Assembly: GCA_050331735.1 (NCBI GenBank)
Contig: JBHJGN010000029.1
Location: 96,001 to 160,000, forward strand
DNA: 64,000 bases
Origin: Cyanophyceae cyanobacterium
GTDB taxonomy: Bacteria; Cyanobacteriota; Cyanobacteriia; Cyanobacteriales; JBHJGN01
Reading direction: 5' to 3'
The notes under the pieces were generated by a model. That model was given only the letters and a program-made list of their open reading frames with translations. It ran no database searches and was not told the origin of the DNA. This document shows positions 29,287 to 39,513 of the stretch, in pieces (the first letter of the stretch is position 1; each line of letters starts with the position of its first letter). The position numbers were made by a program, and so were the translations under genes.

Positions 29287-29783
29287 TGTGTTCTATTACC
29301 TCCATTGCTTTTATTCCCATTGGGACCATAAGTATTTCTAACTTTCGTGCCATCCGTTACCGGGGCATTTTACTGATACTTGTCAAGCGCTCGCTCACTT
29401 TAGTAGATAATTGCCACAATAGTAACCTTGGCGATCGCCTTTAGGAACTCTACCAAGTTGAGGATTTATGAATACGAGAATAGCGCATCTTTTATACATC
29501 TCGTACAGTGAACGGCTCGAATATCAATCTGGAGCAAGCTTAAAGCAGTCAAAATAGTTTCCGGTGGAACTTTGGGTAACCTGAGCTAATTTAAGCCTGA
29601 CTAAGGTGAGAGCCGCTCAGGATTGTGTTCCTGCTATTATTAATGATGCTGCCGCTTGCATCCAACTTCCCCTAACATTTTTAAATCCTGCCAGCACTTC
29701 TCAACGTTGCGGATGCCTACTCCGACTGCTACAGTCCCATAAGCCCAACAGAGGCCAGCCCTTTCAATCTAGACAAGCAAGCT

Positions 29784-30374
29784 ATGAACTGGAGAGAGCG
29801 CTTTCATCAACTAGCAGGCAAGCAACGGTTTGTCGTCTGCCGATTGTTTATTCATCTAGCGGGAGAAGACGTAGCTCCCCTGCTGGGAGTTCTCAACCAG
29901 ACAGCGCGGGAGGCCATTGCTGCCGAAGGAGAGCTACAGGTTTTAGGAGAGGGACTGGTTCAAATTTGCCAAAACCTGCTTCAGCTTAGCGAGTACTGGC
30001 AATCTGCCGCTAATGAAGGAGACGTTTTCTTCGACGAAGGGGAAGCTGGAGATGCGGTTACAGAACTGTTTACCGATTCGGCACAGAGATATCTCAGCGA
30101 ACCAAACTTGAGTGATGAAGAGGAATCTCTCTCCCTTCCCGTCACTCGCAACATCGTTGTGATGATCGCTGTCGCTTACCAAGGAGAGGTGCCGGAATTA
30201 GAAACTGATTTGGCTCAAGTCGAGGCGCTCGCCGCTGGTTTACAAGCTTTAATTAATCTACATTATCAAGAAAAACTGCGGGCGATTCAGGTTCATTTCT
30301 CCCCAGCACAGTTGGGAGATGAACTAACTGATGAGCAGCTTTTGCTCAATTTTCCTGAATTAATTCCTTTATAA
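29784..30374 (+). CDS. Conserved cyanobacterial protein (DUF1517-like C-terminal domain)
   Basis: YWQSAANEGDV, FTDSAQRY and DELTDEQLLLNFPELIPL parallel the C-terminus of the DUF1517 protein at 15494. Confidence 0.7.
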   Translation: MNWRERFHQLAGKQRFVVCRLFIHLAGEDVAPLLGVLNQTAREAIAAEGELQVLGEGLVQICQNLLQLSEYWQSAANEGDVFFDEGEAGDAVTELFTDSAQRYLSEPNLSDEEESLSLPVTRNIVVMIAVAYQGEVPELETDLAQVEALAAGLQALINLHYQEKLRAIQVHFSPAQLGDELTDEQLLLNFPELIPL

Positions 30375-30390
30375 AGATAAACCTTTAACT

Positions 30391-31245
30391 ATGATGATTC
30401 GTCGATTAACGGCTCTTCTAATTGCGATCGCTCTATGCTGGACTACCGTTGCCTGTAGTTCTCCACCCGCCCAAGCAAGCTTTAACAATAGTGTTGCTGT
30501 AGCCACGCAAACATCCTCAATTGAGGACGGCAAATATCCTATCCAGCAGGCTACCTACGATGATGCCACCGGGGAGTATCGGCTGATGCTGCTGAATACG
30601 CCTCCCGGAAACCCTTCAGCGTTTCGCTCCACCGAACTACAGATGGCGCGGCTCACCGAAGAACAGATTGCTTCTGGAGAAAAATCTTACCTAGAAGTTG
30701 ATGGGAGTCAGACGGTGGCCTATCTGAGCGAAGATTTCAAGTTTGAGTATATCCACAACGTGACGGATACTCAAATTAATCCGCAAACTGGCGAACCGGA
30801 AACAATTATCGTTGAGCGGCGTTCCGGTTTTTGGACGCCTTTTGCTGGAGCGTTAGCCGGTCAAGCGTTGGGCAGTTTACTGTTTACTCCTCAGTATTAC
30901 ATGCCGCCTATCTATCAGCCAGGAGGAACTCTTAGCGGCTACGGTGGCTACGGTCGCTCCTACTCCCAGGCCGTTAACCGCTATCAGAGCCGCTATCAAG
31001 CACCGCCACCTGTCGTCAAAAATCGTCAAGCACTGAGAACCACTGGACGTTTGCGAAATCCTGCAACCAGCACTCGTAAGCCGATTAATAAAACAAGAGC
31101 GACAGGTTCTGGTTATGGTTCTAGTAACCTCCGTTCTTCTGGTAACCCGTCTAAATTTAGAAAGAGCCCTAGCAGCTTTGGCAGCCGTTACGGTAGCCGC
31201 CGCAAGAGTTTTAGCGGTAGTCGCAGGCGTTCCAGACGGCGCTAG
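30391..31245 (+). CDS. Hypothetical lipoprotein with basic Gly/Ser/Arg-rich tail
   Basis: Lipobox-like TVAC after a hydrophobic signal; FWTPFAGALAGQALG segment. Confidence 0.75.
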   Translation: MMIRRLTALLIAIALCWTTVACSSPPAQASFNNSVAVATQTSSIEDGKYPIQQATYDDATGEYRLMLLNTPPGNPSAFRSTELQMARLTEEQIASGEKSYLEVDGSQTVAYLSEDFKFEYIHNVTDTQINPQTGEPETIIVERRSGFWTPFAGALAGQALGSLLFTPQYYMPPIYQPGGTLSGYGGYGRSYSQAVNRYQSRYQAPPPVVKNRQALRTTGRLRNPATSTRKPINKTRATGSGYGSSNLRSSGNPSKFRKSPSSFGSRYGSRRKSFSGSRRRSRRR

Positions 31246-31267
31246 CGTCTGAGTTGAGCAGAGTTTG

Positions 31268-31321
31268 AAAGGAGGAGCATCGCTGGTTGAGTATGCGGGT
31301 CAACAGGCGATCGCTCCTTTT
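31268..31321. terminator. Stem-loop between convergent genes
   Basis: AAAGGAGGAGCATCGCTGGTTGA pairs imperfectly with TCAACAGGCGATCGCTCCTTTT. Confidence 0.5.
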
Positions 31322-31326
31322 CGCCT

Positions 31327-31674
31327 TCAGGCTTCCCAAGTTAACTTAATTGCGTGAGCATCACACTCTTTTCTTGCTGCGTCGAAAACAGCGCGTGGGT
31401 CTTTTACAGAACTAAGGCCAAACAGATGTAATCTTTTTTGTTTATTAGGATAGTAAGCTGAATAAGCTAGTAGTTGGTGAATTGCACTAGACCATTTTTT
31501 AGCGTGTTTAACCTCAATTAATTCTGTCTTTGTCAGCAGATCGATTCTTTTTCTATTGGGAAGTACAACTTCGCGCTGTCCTCCAACTTCCTGATGGAGT
31601 TTTTCTTGGTAGTAGTATTCTAAGCGTTTATCGCTTAAAAAGCCTACTTTTTCCAAAGCTTCGATTAACGACAT
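31327..31674 (-). CDS. Small PD-(D/E)XK-like nuclease domain protein
   Basis: E..YQEKL, RIDLLT..ELIEVK..W..AI.QLLAY pattern (D...ExK plus QxxxY). Confidence 0.65.
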   Translation of the reverse strand: MSLIEALEKVGFLSDKRLEYYYQEKLHQEVGGQREVVLPNRKRIDLLTKTELIEVKHAKKWSSAIHQLLAYSAYYPNKQKRLHLFGLSSVKDPRAVFDAARKECDAHAIKLTWEA

Positions 31675-32294
31675 TTTATGCTTGCAATCCGCTGATCTAT
31701 TTCTTTGATTTTGTTGATGATATCTTCTTTACTCATGGAGTCAGCTTTTCTAAAAATAGAGCGAAAGCTACTGCGTACTCCTGAAATTCTGCGCCCTAAG
31801 CTTTTATTACTTTCTCCTAGTTGTTTTCGACGAGCTACTTCCTGTTCGTATCCTTTCTGAAGTTTTTTATATACTTCTGTTTCAAAAATTGCCTCTTTAG
31901 CAAGCTCCCGCAATTTTCCGATTTCTCGATTGAGATGCTCAATGTTACTTTTGTCAACGGTTGCGTTGCTCACAATCCATTCGTGCTGAGCTTTAAATGC
32001 TCGCCGAGTTGCCTGATATTTCACTGTGTTGAGAACTGCTTCTTTCCAGGAAAAAGGATAATCAGTGGCCTTAATTGCTGGCAGCAGCTCATCCTCATAG
32101 TTAGTAGTCCCATGACGTAACTGGTCGCAGGTTGCTGTCACGTATGGGGTCGGTTGGTTGAAACGAGTGTCGAGAATGCATACTTGCCCTTCATGCTCGA
32201 ATGGAGGAAATATCTCAATTTTGTCTACCCAGTACCACATTTCAGCAGTCAGATTTTGCCCAGTTTTACAAGCAAAGCTCGGTTGATGCGCCAT
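31665..32294 (-). CDS. Hypothetical protein with C-terminal coiled coil
   Basis: AGGAGT RBS before the ATG of MAHQP; overlaps the downstream gene. Confidence 0.7.
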   Translation of the reverse strand: MAHQPSFACKTGQNLTAEMWYWVDKIEIFPPFEHEGQVCILDTRFNQPTPYVTATCDQLRHGTTNYEDELLPAIKATDYPFSWKEAVLNTVKYQATRRAFKAQHEWIVSNATVDKSNIEHLNREIGKLRELAKEAIFETEVYKKLQKGYEQEVARRKQLGESNKSLGRRISGVRSSFRSIFRKADSMSKEDIINKIKEIDQRIASIKCR

Positions 32295-32302
32295 TTTTAC
32301 TC

Positions 32303-32884
32303 CTAAACTTGAATATTGTGAGTTGATAAAGTTTGCCCCAGCCAAGCCTGCATGAGTTGCTGTTGTGGCGTTAAAGATAATGTGTCGGGAATATATTGAC
32401 TAACAACATCTTTTAGTTCAAGAAGCTCTTGAAAAGGAAGCGAACTGTCCTCTCCTAATCCTTGACGGAGAGAATTATACTGCTCCACTCTCAATTCAAT
32501 TTCTGCTTTAAAGCGCTCAAACTCTAGGGTTTCTTGATGAATTACTGCTATAATTTTCAAGCATTCTTGCCAAGCTTGCTTCGTTCTAAAGTTGAACCCT
32601 TGCCCCCTAATTTGAGGATAGTTTTGGCGAAGCTCTTGAACGGTTCTCAATCCCGTAATGGAATATACCCGAGCTTTCAAAGAAGCTAAAGTTTGCTTCT
32701 GAAGTACGTTTTTGACTTTCTGATGATGAGCAATTCTTCTTTGCAGTTGAGGACTAGATAAACCCTGTTGAAGGCAACGTTGATATTCATTTTCCAATAC
32801 CGCCTTTTTAGCATTAAGCTTAATGCTGCTTATTCCCGCTTGCTTGTATGGTCTAAGGTAATTCTGTAGCTCGGCATACTTCAT
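32303..32884 (-). CDS. Hypothetical basic helical protein
   Basis: 193-aa ORF, first gene of an AT-rich operon. Confidence 0.7.
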   Translation of the reverse strand: MKYAELQNYLRPYKQAGISSIKLNAKKAVLENEYQRCLQQGLSSPQLQRRIAHHQKVKNVLQKQTLASLKARVYSITGLRTVQELRQNYPQIRGQGFNFRTKQAWQECLKIIAVIHQETLEFERFKAEIELRVEQYNSLRQGLGEDSSLPFQELLELKDVVSQYIPDTLSLTPQQQLMQAWLGQTLSTHNIQV

Positions 32885-33130
32885 AATAGAGTAACTCTTG
32901 CTAAAAACTCAGACAATAAGAAAGCAATTCTTTGCTCTGGATCAATCTTTTAAATGGGATTGTTGAAATTTATTTCTAAGTAATAAAATTATGGCCTATT
33001 GATATAAAGATGTCCAATACAGTAAAAACCACGTCGAAAAGTGGCACAGGCCGAGCGCTGTTCTCAAATCCGAAGATTAGGCTAGAAATGCAGAGCTATT
33101 GCTAAAGCGCCATCTTTAGCAACTTGAATC

Positions 33131-34534
33131 ATGGTTTCAGAAAAGTTCCGCTATCAGCTTCGGGAAGAACTCGCTCAGTGGCAGGCGGAAGGAATTGTCA
33201 GTCATAATATCTCCGAACAACTTGCCAACCGCTATGGGTTGAGCGAGCTAGATACAGCTAGCCGTGATCGCTTTGTAACGATTCTGCTCGGCTTAGGCAG
33301 CGTTCTCCTCGGTTTAGCCGCGATTACGTTCGTCGCGGCAAACTGGCAGCAGTGGACGCGAGAGATTAAAGTGTTTCTTCTGCTTAGCTTATTTATCAGC
33401 GTCAGCGCTGGTGGTTTTTACCTATGGCAGCATTCTACACGGCAGCGCCTCGGACAGGCGCTACTGCTGTTAGGCAGTTTGATTTTGGGAGCGAATCTAG
33501 GGCTGATGTCTCAGATGTTTCATCTGAGTGGAGCGGCTTATCAACTTTACCTGGTTTGGTCGCTGGGAGTGCTGGCGATGGCATATAGCCTCCGCATAAC
33601 GCTGTTGGGAATACTGGCGCTTCTGCTAGCCTTTGTTGGCTACTGTCTTGGCATCCCAGATTTATTTACTTTAAGGATATCCCCCTTTGTCTTGGCGCTA
33701 CAGCATATGTCGCTTCTTGCCAGTATGCTGTTTATTCCCCTCGCCTATTGGTGTCGTTCTCCCTGGCTGTTTGGACTCGGAAGTGCCTTGGTGACTGTTG
33801 CTTTAGAAGTGAGCACCGCAGGAGCGCTCGCCGTGGCGGAAACTCCCCAACTAGCTTGGAATTCTCTAATCGCGATTGTCTTGGCTATTCCACCTCTGCT
33901 GTTGTGGGCTTATCAAGATGCCCTTTGGGGGCTCCCCTGGGCTTATTTTGATACAGTTGCCTGCCGCTTAGCCCTCATTTATCTTGCCGTAGTATGCTTT
34001 AGCCTATCCTTCAACACAGTATGGCAAGAGGCTTGGACATCCACCGCTGATGCAACCCGATCAAACTACTGGCACTGGCTCATTACAATAGATATCCTCG
34101 TGCTGCTAGGGTTAACGGTGTTTGCCTGGTGGCGTTTGGGGTATCGAGTGGGAAAGCGAGGTTGGCGACTCGACGCTACCAGTACTGCGATCGCTGGCAT
34201 GGTTGCTATAGCCACGGCTGTCGTTTGGTGGCAGATTAACATGGGGGCTTTAGGAGCGATCGCTACCTTTACGTTTAACCTGCTGCTTGCTGGGTTAGCC
34301 ATTGGCTTAATCCGAGAATCTCTTGCTAGCGGCACTCGCTTAGGTTTTTGGGGCGGCATTTTTCTGCTGGTGCTACAGCTCCTATCTCGGATGCTGGAAT
34401 ATAACACTGGCTTACTGTTAAAGTCTATCGTGCTGTTTGGCTGTGGAGTGACTGTGATGGCGGCTGGACTCTGGTTCGAGCGGTACGTTCGCCACTTTGA
34501 AACAAAGCGATTGTCTTCTCGATTGAATCCCTGA
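33131..34534 (+). CDS. DUF2157 multi-pass membrane protein
   Basis: WQAEGI, ITFVAANWQ and LMSQMFHL motifs; many TM helices. Confidence 0.85.
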   Translation: MVSEKFRYQLREELAQWQAEGIVSHNISEQLANRYGLSELDTASRDRFVTILLGLGSVLLGLAAITFVAANWQQWTREIKVFLLLSLFISVSAGGFYLWQHSTRQRLGQALLLLGSLILGANLGLMSQMFHLSGAAYQLYLVWSLGVLAMAYSLRITLLGILALLLAFVGYCLGIPDLFTLRISPFVLALQHMSLLASMLFIPLAYWCRSPWLFGLGSALVTVALEVSTAGALAVAETPQLAWNSLIAIVLAIPPLLLWAYQDALWGLPWAYFDTVACRLALIYLAVVCFSLSFNTVWQEAWTSTADATRSNYWHWLITIDILVLLGLTVFAWWRLGYRVGKRGWRLDATSTAIAGMVAIATAVVWWQINMGALGAIATFTFNLLLAGLAIGLIRESLASGTRLGFWGGIFLLVLQLLSRMLEYNTGLLLKSIVLFGCGVTVMAAGLWFERYVRHFETKRLSSRLNP

Positions 34535-34553
34535 TTTCACCGGTAATGCACCA

Positions 34554-35201
34554 ATGACTAAACCGAATCTCGCTCAGAGCAAATTTCTGATTTCTACACG
34601 GCCTCAGCCTCACCGTGCGCTCTCGAAGTGGCGGTTTTGGCTACCGCTGCTGCTGCAAGTGGGCTTAATTGCGGCGATTCCGGCTCAAGCTTTTCATATT
34701 CTCCTGTCCGGAAGAACGGTCGTGCTTCAGACTGTCCCTGTCGATCCCTATGACCTGTTGCGGGGGTATTCCCAAACCTTAAGATACGATGTTTCTCGTG
34801 TAGACGCTCTTAAACGGCTTCCCGGCTGGAACCAAGCAGTCCAGCAGCTTGGTTCAGGCAGCCAGCTTCCCTCAGGAAGCACTCTATTCGTCATTGTAGA
34901 ATCTCCTGCTGCCTCCCCGACAGACACCACTGCTCCCCAAGCCTGGAAACCGGTTGGGGTCAGCCTGCAACGTCCCCATGAACTACCAAACAATCGCGTT
35001 GCTTTACAGGGAGTCGTCAATCGTCGCTGGATCGACTATGGTTTAGAAACCTACTATATGCCAGAAGACAGACGCGAGAAAATTAATACCGAGATATCCC
35101 AAACCCGAGAACAGGCATTTGTCGTAGAGGTTAAAGTAAACGGACGGGGAAAATCTGTGCCAGTGAGCCTGTGGGTGAGCGATCGCCACTACCGCTTCTA
35201 A
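34554..35201 (+). CDS. GDYXXLXY domain membrane-anchored protein
   Basis: PVDPYDLLRGYSQTLRY and YGLETYYMPE; usual partner of DUF2157. Confidence 0.85.
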   Translation: MTKPNLAQSKFLISTRPQPHRALSKWRFWLPLLLQVGLIAAIPAQAFHILLSGRTVVLQTVPVDPYDLLRGYSQTLRYDVSRVDALKRLPGWNQAVQQLGSGSQLPSGSTLFVIVESPAASPTDTTAPQAWKPVGVSLQRPHELPNNRVALQGVVNRRWIDYGLETYYMPEDRREKINTEISQTREQAFVVEVKVNGRGKSVPVSLWVSDRHYRF

Positions 35202-35322
35202 CCATTACGTCTGCCCATAGAAAAACGCCCGGGCGTCTTTCCGTGTTTCGACTCCAGGCGTTTTTCACTTTACTCCTCACCACCTGCCTCAAGTATAGAA
35301 CATCATTTGTTTTTGTCAACCC

Positions 35323-36225
35323 CTAGCTCAACCGAGCGATCGCGGCTAAGCTCCAGTGCAGCAGCAGGGGAACAAATAAACAGCCGTCAATCCAAATACT
35401 ATAAATTCGACGGGGTGTTTCTGTTGTAACCGCCCAGATATAGCTCAACGTTATTCCTGTCGCGAGCACCATTTCTGGATAGTAGACGATTTGCCCGGTT
35501 GTCCATCCCCAAGTCATGACCAGCAGCATTAAACCATTCATCGCCGTTAAGACAACTCTCGTCCCCCGCACTCCAACCAGCAGCGGTAGCGTGGTTACCC
35601 CTTTGTGGCGGTCGGATTCTACATCTCGAATATCAAAGGTATGGGAATTGGTCACGATGAACACAAACAGAAATAGCGTGGTTAGTGCGGCAACGCGGTC
35701 GAACTCTGCCCCAGCATAGGCAAGAGGCAAAGCGACCACAGCATAGGTAATTACGCTCCCAACGATCCAGGCTTTAGAACCCGGAATATCCTTCAGCCGA
35801 TACCAGCGCAGTCCTTGACGATGCCAGGGAAATAGTGGGATACCGTATAGTAACGGCACAATTCCGGCACAGCTAACGAGGCGTACTCGTGCCGGAGCAA
35901 AGTACAACAGCGCGGCTGTTGCTCCCCCGGCTGCCAAGAGTAAAATAATGATTCCTGGCTGGCGAAAGTAAGACTGAATCTGCTCTTCTGGTATTTTTTG
36001 GACATAGGAATCAAAAACTCGATCTAAGTTATAGGGAATCAGCGCCATCACAAACAGCAGCGCGATTGGCTGCCAATCTGGGGCTAGATCCATCACTTCT
36101 TGGGCAAACATTCCCAGAGAAGCAATTCCCGCTGCTACCCAGATACTGGGATAAATCAATAACTCTAGAAGGCGGCTGTAGAGCCATTGGGGAATGTAAG
36201 TTTGACCAAGCTGGTTGGAGGTCAT
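35323..36225 (-). CDS. UbiA-family prenyltransferase-like membrane protein
   Basis: YNLDRVFD, RLKDIPGSK and FDIRDVESDRHKGVTTLP Asp-rich motifs. Confidence 0.8.
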   Translation of the reverse strand: MTSNQLGQTYIPQWLYSRLLELLIYPSIWVAAGIASLGMFAQEVMDLAPDWQPIALLFVMALIPYNLDRVFDSYVQKIPEEQIQSYFRQPGIIILLLAAGGATAALLYFAPARVRLVSCAGIVPLLYGIPLFPWHRQGLRWYRLKDIPGSKAWIVGSVITYAVVALPLAYAGAEFDRVAALTTLFLFVFIVTNSHTFDIRDVESDRHKGVTTLPLLVGVRGTRVVLTAMNGLMLLVMTWGWTTGQIVYYPEMVLATGITLSYIWAVTTETPRRIYSIWIDGCLFVPLLLHWSLAAIARLS

Positions 36226-36462
36226 AGTGAATCTGATTGAAGCCGAAGTAATTGAGTGAGTCTACATTTTAAAGAAATGTAAAGAACAATGCCTCTAACC
36301 ATCGAATAGGCTCGTTCTTTCTCTGGTGAGACGATTGCTTAAAAGTGATAGAGAGCAAGCTATTTCACCTTAAAATACATCACTTAAAATCTGAAACTTT
36401 GCTACTGGTAGATTCAGCCGAGTACGTCTTACAATCGACGAGTATCTTGAAAAAAAGGGTAA

Positions 36463-36942
36463 ATGACTGGGATTCGCATCGGTAACGGCTACGACATTCA
36501 TCGGTTGGTTGCAGGAAGACCGCTCATTCTAGGAGGAGTCGATATTCCTCATCATCTCGGTTTAGACGGACACAGTGACGCGGATGTTTTAACTCATGCT
36601 ATTATGGATGCCCTACTGGGAGCACTCAGCCTCGGAGATATTGGTCATTACTTTCCCCCGAGCGATCCGCAATGGGCAGGAGCAGACAGCTTACGATTAT
36701 TAGAGCAAGTCTATGAACTGATTCGGTCGCAAGGATGGCAGGTGGGTAATATTGATGCAGTCATCATTGCCGAACGCCCCAAGTTAAAGCCCCATCTTAA
36801 AGCCATGTGCGATCGCCTTACTCAAACTTTGGCCCTAGAGCTAAACCAAATTAGTGTAAAAGCCACAACCAATGAAACCCTTGGACCTGTGGGACGGGAA
36901 GAGGGAATTGCCGTTTATGCTGTTGCTTTGCTACATCGGTAA
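36463..36942 (+). CDS. ispF: 2-C-methyl-D-erythritol 2,4-cyclodiphosphate synthase
   Basis: [24 protein letters not shown] and VKATTNE motifs. Confidence 0.97.
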   Translation: MTGIRIGNGYDIHRLVAGRPLILGGVDIPHHLGLDGHSDADVLTHAIMDALLGALSLGDIGHYFPPSDPQWAGADSLRLLEQVYELIRSQGWQVGNIDAVIIAERPKLKPHLKAMCDRLTQTLALELNQISVKATTNETLGPVGREEGIAVYAVALLHR

Positions 36943-37054
36943 AGGTTGAGTGAAAATCAGATCGAACTTGTGACTTGAGCGAATTACCAATTAACAGGTT
37001 TTAATCTTTAATAGGGTAATTTAACAAAGATGAATCAATACCAATAGCAAAAAC

Positions 37055-37801
37055 ATGGAAGCTCTCAATTTTCCAGCAGCTAAACAGACCGATGAAGCCC
37101 AAAGAATTCAGGAAGTAGCCATCGTTATTGCCGCCAAAAAATTATCTCCAACACTCGTCAGCGAAGATTTTCTGAAATTTGGCAGCATTGTTCCCCACGA
37201 CTGGGAAGTTAATAAACAGCCAGTTTTAGCTCCTAACTTTTCTCAGATTAGCTTTGATAATGGCATTAGCGTGATTGCCCAACCCGGGGCAATTACGTTT
37301 TTGCAAACCATTATTGCTAACGACCAGAGACTAGCCATTCCTGAAATCGCTCGCCGGTACGTGCAAAAACTACCCGGTGCCGAATACCAAACCTGTGAGA
37401 TCAATCCGAAGATTCTGGTTCCTTTTCTCAATCAACCCAGCGCTGCCGGAACTTATATTACTGAAACACTGCTTGCTCCTGGGCCTTGGCAGAAAATTAG
37501 CGAAGGAAGTCTACCAACGGGCATCGATTTAACCTATCAACTGGCGCGATGTCAGTTTAAACTGAGCGTCAATTCAGCCAGATTACAGTCGCAAAAATCG
37601 ACAATCACTGCTTTATTGTTCTCTGGCTCTTTTAACTATATTATTAACAACGATCCCCAGGAACGTTTGCTTCATTTAGAAAAATTGATTGAGAACGGCA
37701 GCAACGATTGGAATACCTTTAGAGACATGATTGACCAAAAGTTTTTATGGGGAGGAGAAGCCGATAAAAGTATTATTCCCAACCCGCTGTTTACACAATG
37801 A
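37055..37801 (+). CDS. Conserved hypothetical protein
   Basis: Long clean ORF; FLK..IVP.DWE and FSGSFNY segments. Confidence 0.7.
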   Translation: MEALNFPAAKQTDEAQRIQEVAIVIAAKKLSPTLVSEDFLKFGSIVPHDWEVNKQPVLAPNFSQISFDNGISVIAQPGAITFLQTIIANDQRLAIPEIARRYVQKLPGAEYQTCEINPKILVPFLNQPSAAGTYITETLLAPGPWQKISEGSLPTGIDLTYQLARCQFKLSVNSARLQSQKSTITALLFSGSFNYIINNDPQERLLHLEKLIENGSNDWNTFRDMIDQKFLWGGEADKSIIPNPLFTQ

Positions 37802-37914
37802 ACAGAGGGCAGTGACCAGTGGCCAATGAGTCAGTCAAATAACTGATACTCAGCACGATGAATTGGTAACTGGGAATTGATATCACGGGTATCTGCTAGC
37901 ACGAATGACGACCG

Positions 37915-39018
37915 ATGAGCACTGCTTTTCAAACGTTAAAGGGTCAGCCGCCCATCGTAATTGCTCATCGTGGTGCCAGTGGAGAACGCCCCGAGCATAC
38001 CCTTGAAGCTTATCAACGGGCGATCGCCTCCGGTGCTGATTTTATTGAACCGGATCTCGTTGTCACTAAAGACGGAGTATTGGTAGCTCGTCATGAAAAT
38101 GCCCTGGCGACGATTAACTCTCAGACAAAACAAGTAGTAGAAGCGACGACCGATGTGGCCGTTCGACCGGAATTTGCTGAACGGTTAACCACTAAAATTG
38201 TTGATGGTCGAGCCGTGACAGGATGGTTCGCTGAAGATTTTACGTTAGCAGAACTGAAAACTCTCAACGCTAGAGAGCGTTTGCCGCAGCTACGCGGAAC
38301 TGAGTTTGATGGCCAGGGGCTCAAAATTCCCACCTTGCCAGAAATTATTCAGCTCATCAAACAGACTGAATCCGAAACTGGAGTCAAAGTAGGCATCTAC
38401 CCCGAAACGAAACATCCAACCTATTTTGCTCAGGAAGGAACGTTCCTCGATGGAACCCCGATTCGTTGCTCGCTCGGACAGCAGCTTATCGATACACTTT
38501 TAGCAGAAAATTTCCGCGCTCCCTGTCGGGTGTTCATTCAGTCTTTTGAGGTTAGCAACCTTCAGGAACTAGCTCAAACTATCATGCCAGCAGCCGGAGT
38601 CTGCTTTCCCTTGGTACAGCTTATTGCTGAAGCAGGTAGTCCCTACGATTTCGTTGTCAACGGTGATGGACGCAGCTATGCGGAGCTTTGCACTCTTTCC
38701 GGACTCGCTTACATTGCTACCTATGCGAGCGCCATTGGACCTTCTAAGCGATTAGTCATTCCCGAACAGCACCACCAGTTGTTAGCGCCAACAACGCTGA
38801 TTGAGGATGCCCATGCCGCCGGATTGCTGGTACACGTTTACACTCTTCGCCACGAGTCGATTTTTTTGGCAGCAGACTATCACGGTTCTCCAGAAGCCGA
38901 GTACGAGCAGTTGATTCACCTCGGCGTGGACGGCTACTTTACTGACTTTCCCGCTATGGGGCAGCAAATGCGATCGCAATTTTCAGCCGACGCACTTCAA
39001 CAGCACGAGCTGAGATAA
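37915..39018 (+). CDS. Glycerophosphodiester phosphodiesterase
   Basis: IAHRGASGERPEHT, ADFIEPDLVVTKDG and GVDGYFTDFP motifs. Confidence 0.93.
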   Translation: MSTAFQTLKGQPPIVIAHRGASGERPEHTLEAYQRAIASGADFIEPDLVVTKDGVLVARHENALATINSQTKQVVEATTDVAVRPEFAERLTTKIVDGRAVTGWFAEDFTLAELKTLNARERLPQLRGTEFDGQGLKIPTLPEIIQLIKQTESETGVKVGIYPETKHPTYFAQEGTFLDGTPIRCSLGQQLIDTLLAENFRAPCRVFIQSFEVSNLQELAQTIMPAAGVCFPLVQLIAEAGSPYDFVVNGDGRSYAELCTLSGLAYIATYASAIGPSKRLVIPEQHHQLLAPTTLIEDAHAAGLLVHVYTLRHESIFLAADYHGSPEAEYEQLIHLGVDGYFTDFPAMGQQMRSQFSADALQQHELR

Positions 39019-39047
39019 TAAACTGTAGCTAGATACCAAAGAACACG

Positions 39048-39443
39048 ATGAAACTTAACTACATCTATACTCGGCTAAACGTCTGTGACTACCAAGCCTG
39101 CAAAAAATTCTACCGGGATGTTTTGGGGTTTGAAGTGGCGTTTGCTGACGACGATGATGAATACACCGAATTTAATACCGGAAACACGCGCCTTTCCATT
39201 TTTGATCGCCAAAAGCTGAGAGAGTTTGTCGGTCCTGACGAACCGATGAGCTACGAACGCAGCTATGCTGGCGTTGCTTTGAGCTTTCAAGTTCATAACC
39301 TCGATGAAGCTGTCGCGGAACTTAAACATCAAGGCGTGACGATTATTAGTCCTCCCTGGAACTTTCCGGATAGAGGCTTTTTGTCTGCCTGTTTTCGCGA
39401 TCCTGACGGCAACTTGATTGAGCTACAGCAGCTTCTCACCTAG
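39048..39443 (+). CDS. VOC/glyoxalase family protein
   Basis: FYRDVLGF and FRDPDGNLIEL motifs. Confidence 0.88.
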   Translation: MKLNYIYTRLNVCDYQACKKFYRDVLGFEVAFADDDDEYTEFNTGNTRLSIFDRQKLREFVGPDEPMSYERSYAGVALSFQVHNLDEAVAELKHQGVTIISPPWNFPDRGFLSACFRDPDGNLIELQQLLT

Positions 39444-39513
39444 TGGAATCAAGAGTGAAACGGTTTGGCTAACAAGTTATTTTAAAGACCAATTGGTGTA
39501 AAAATTTTTGTTG

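Noticed and set aside
29400..29490. Fur boxes upstream of exbB (and between futB and srxA)
   Set aside because: AT-rich partial matches only; too degenerate to support without a matrix scan.
29606..29989. 127-aa ORF, and a possible gene fragment on the minus strand
   Set aside because: It overlaps the better-supported 29784 gene in another frame; the minus-strand fragment has no start and only vague similarity to anything.
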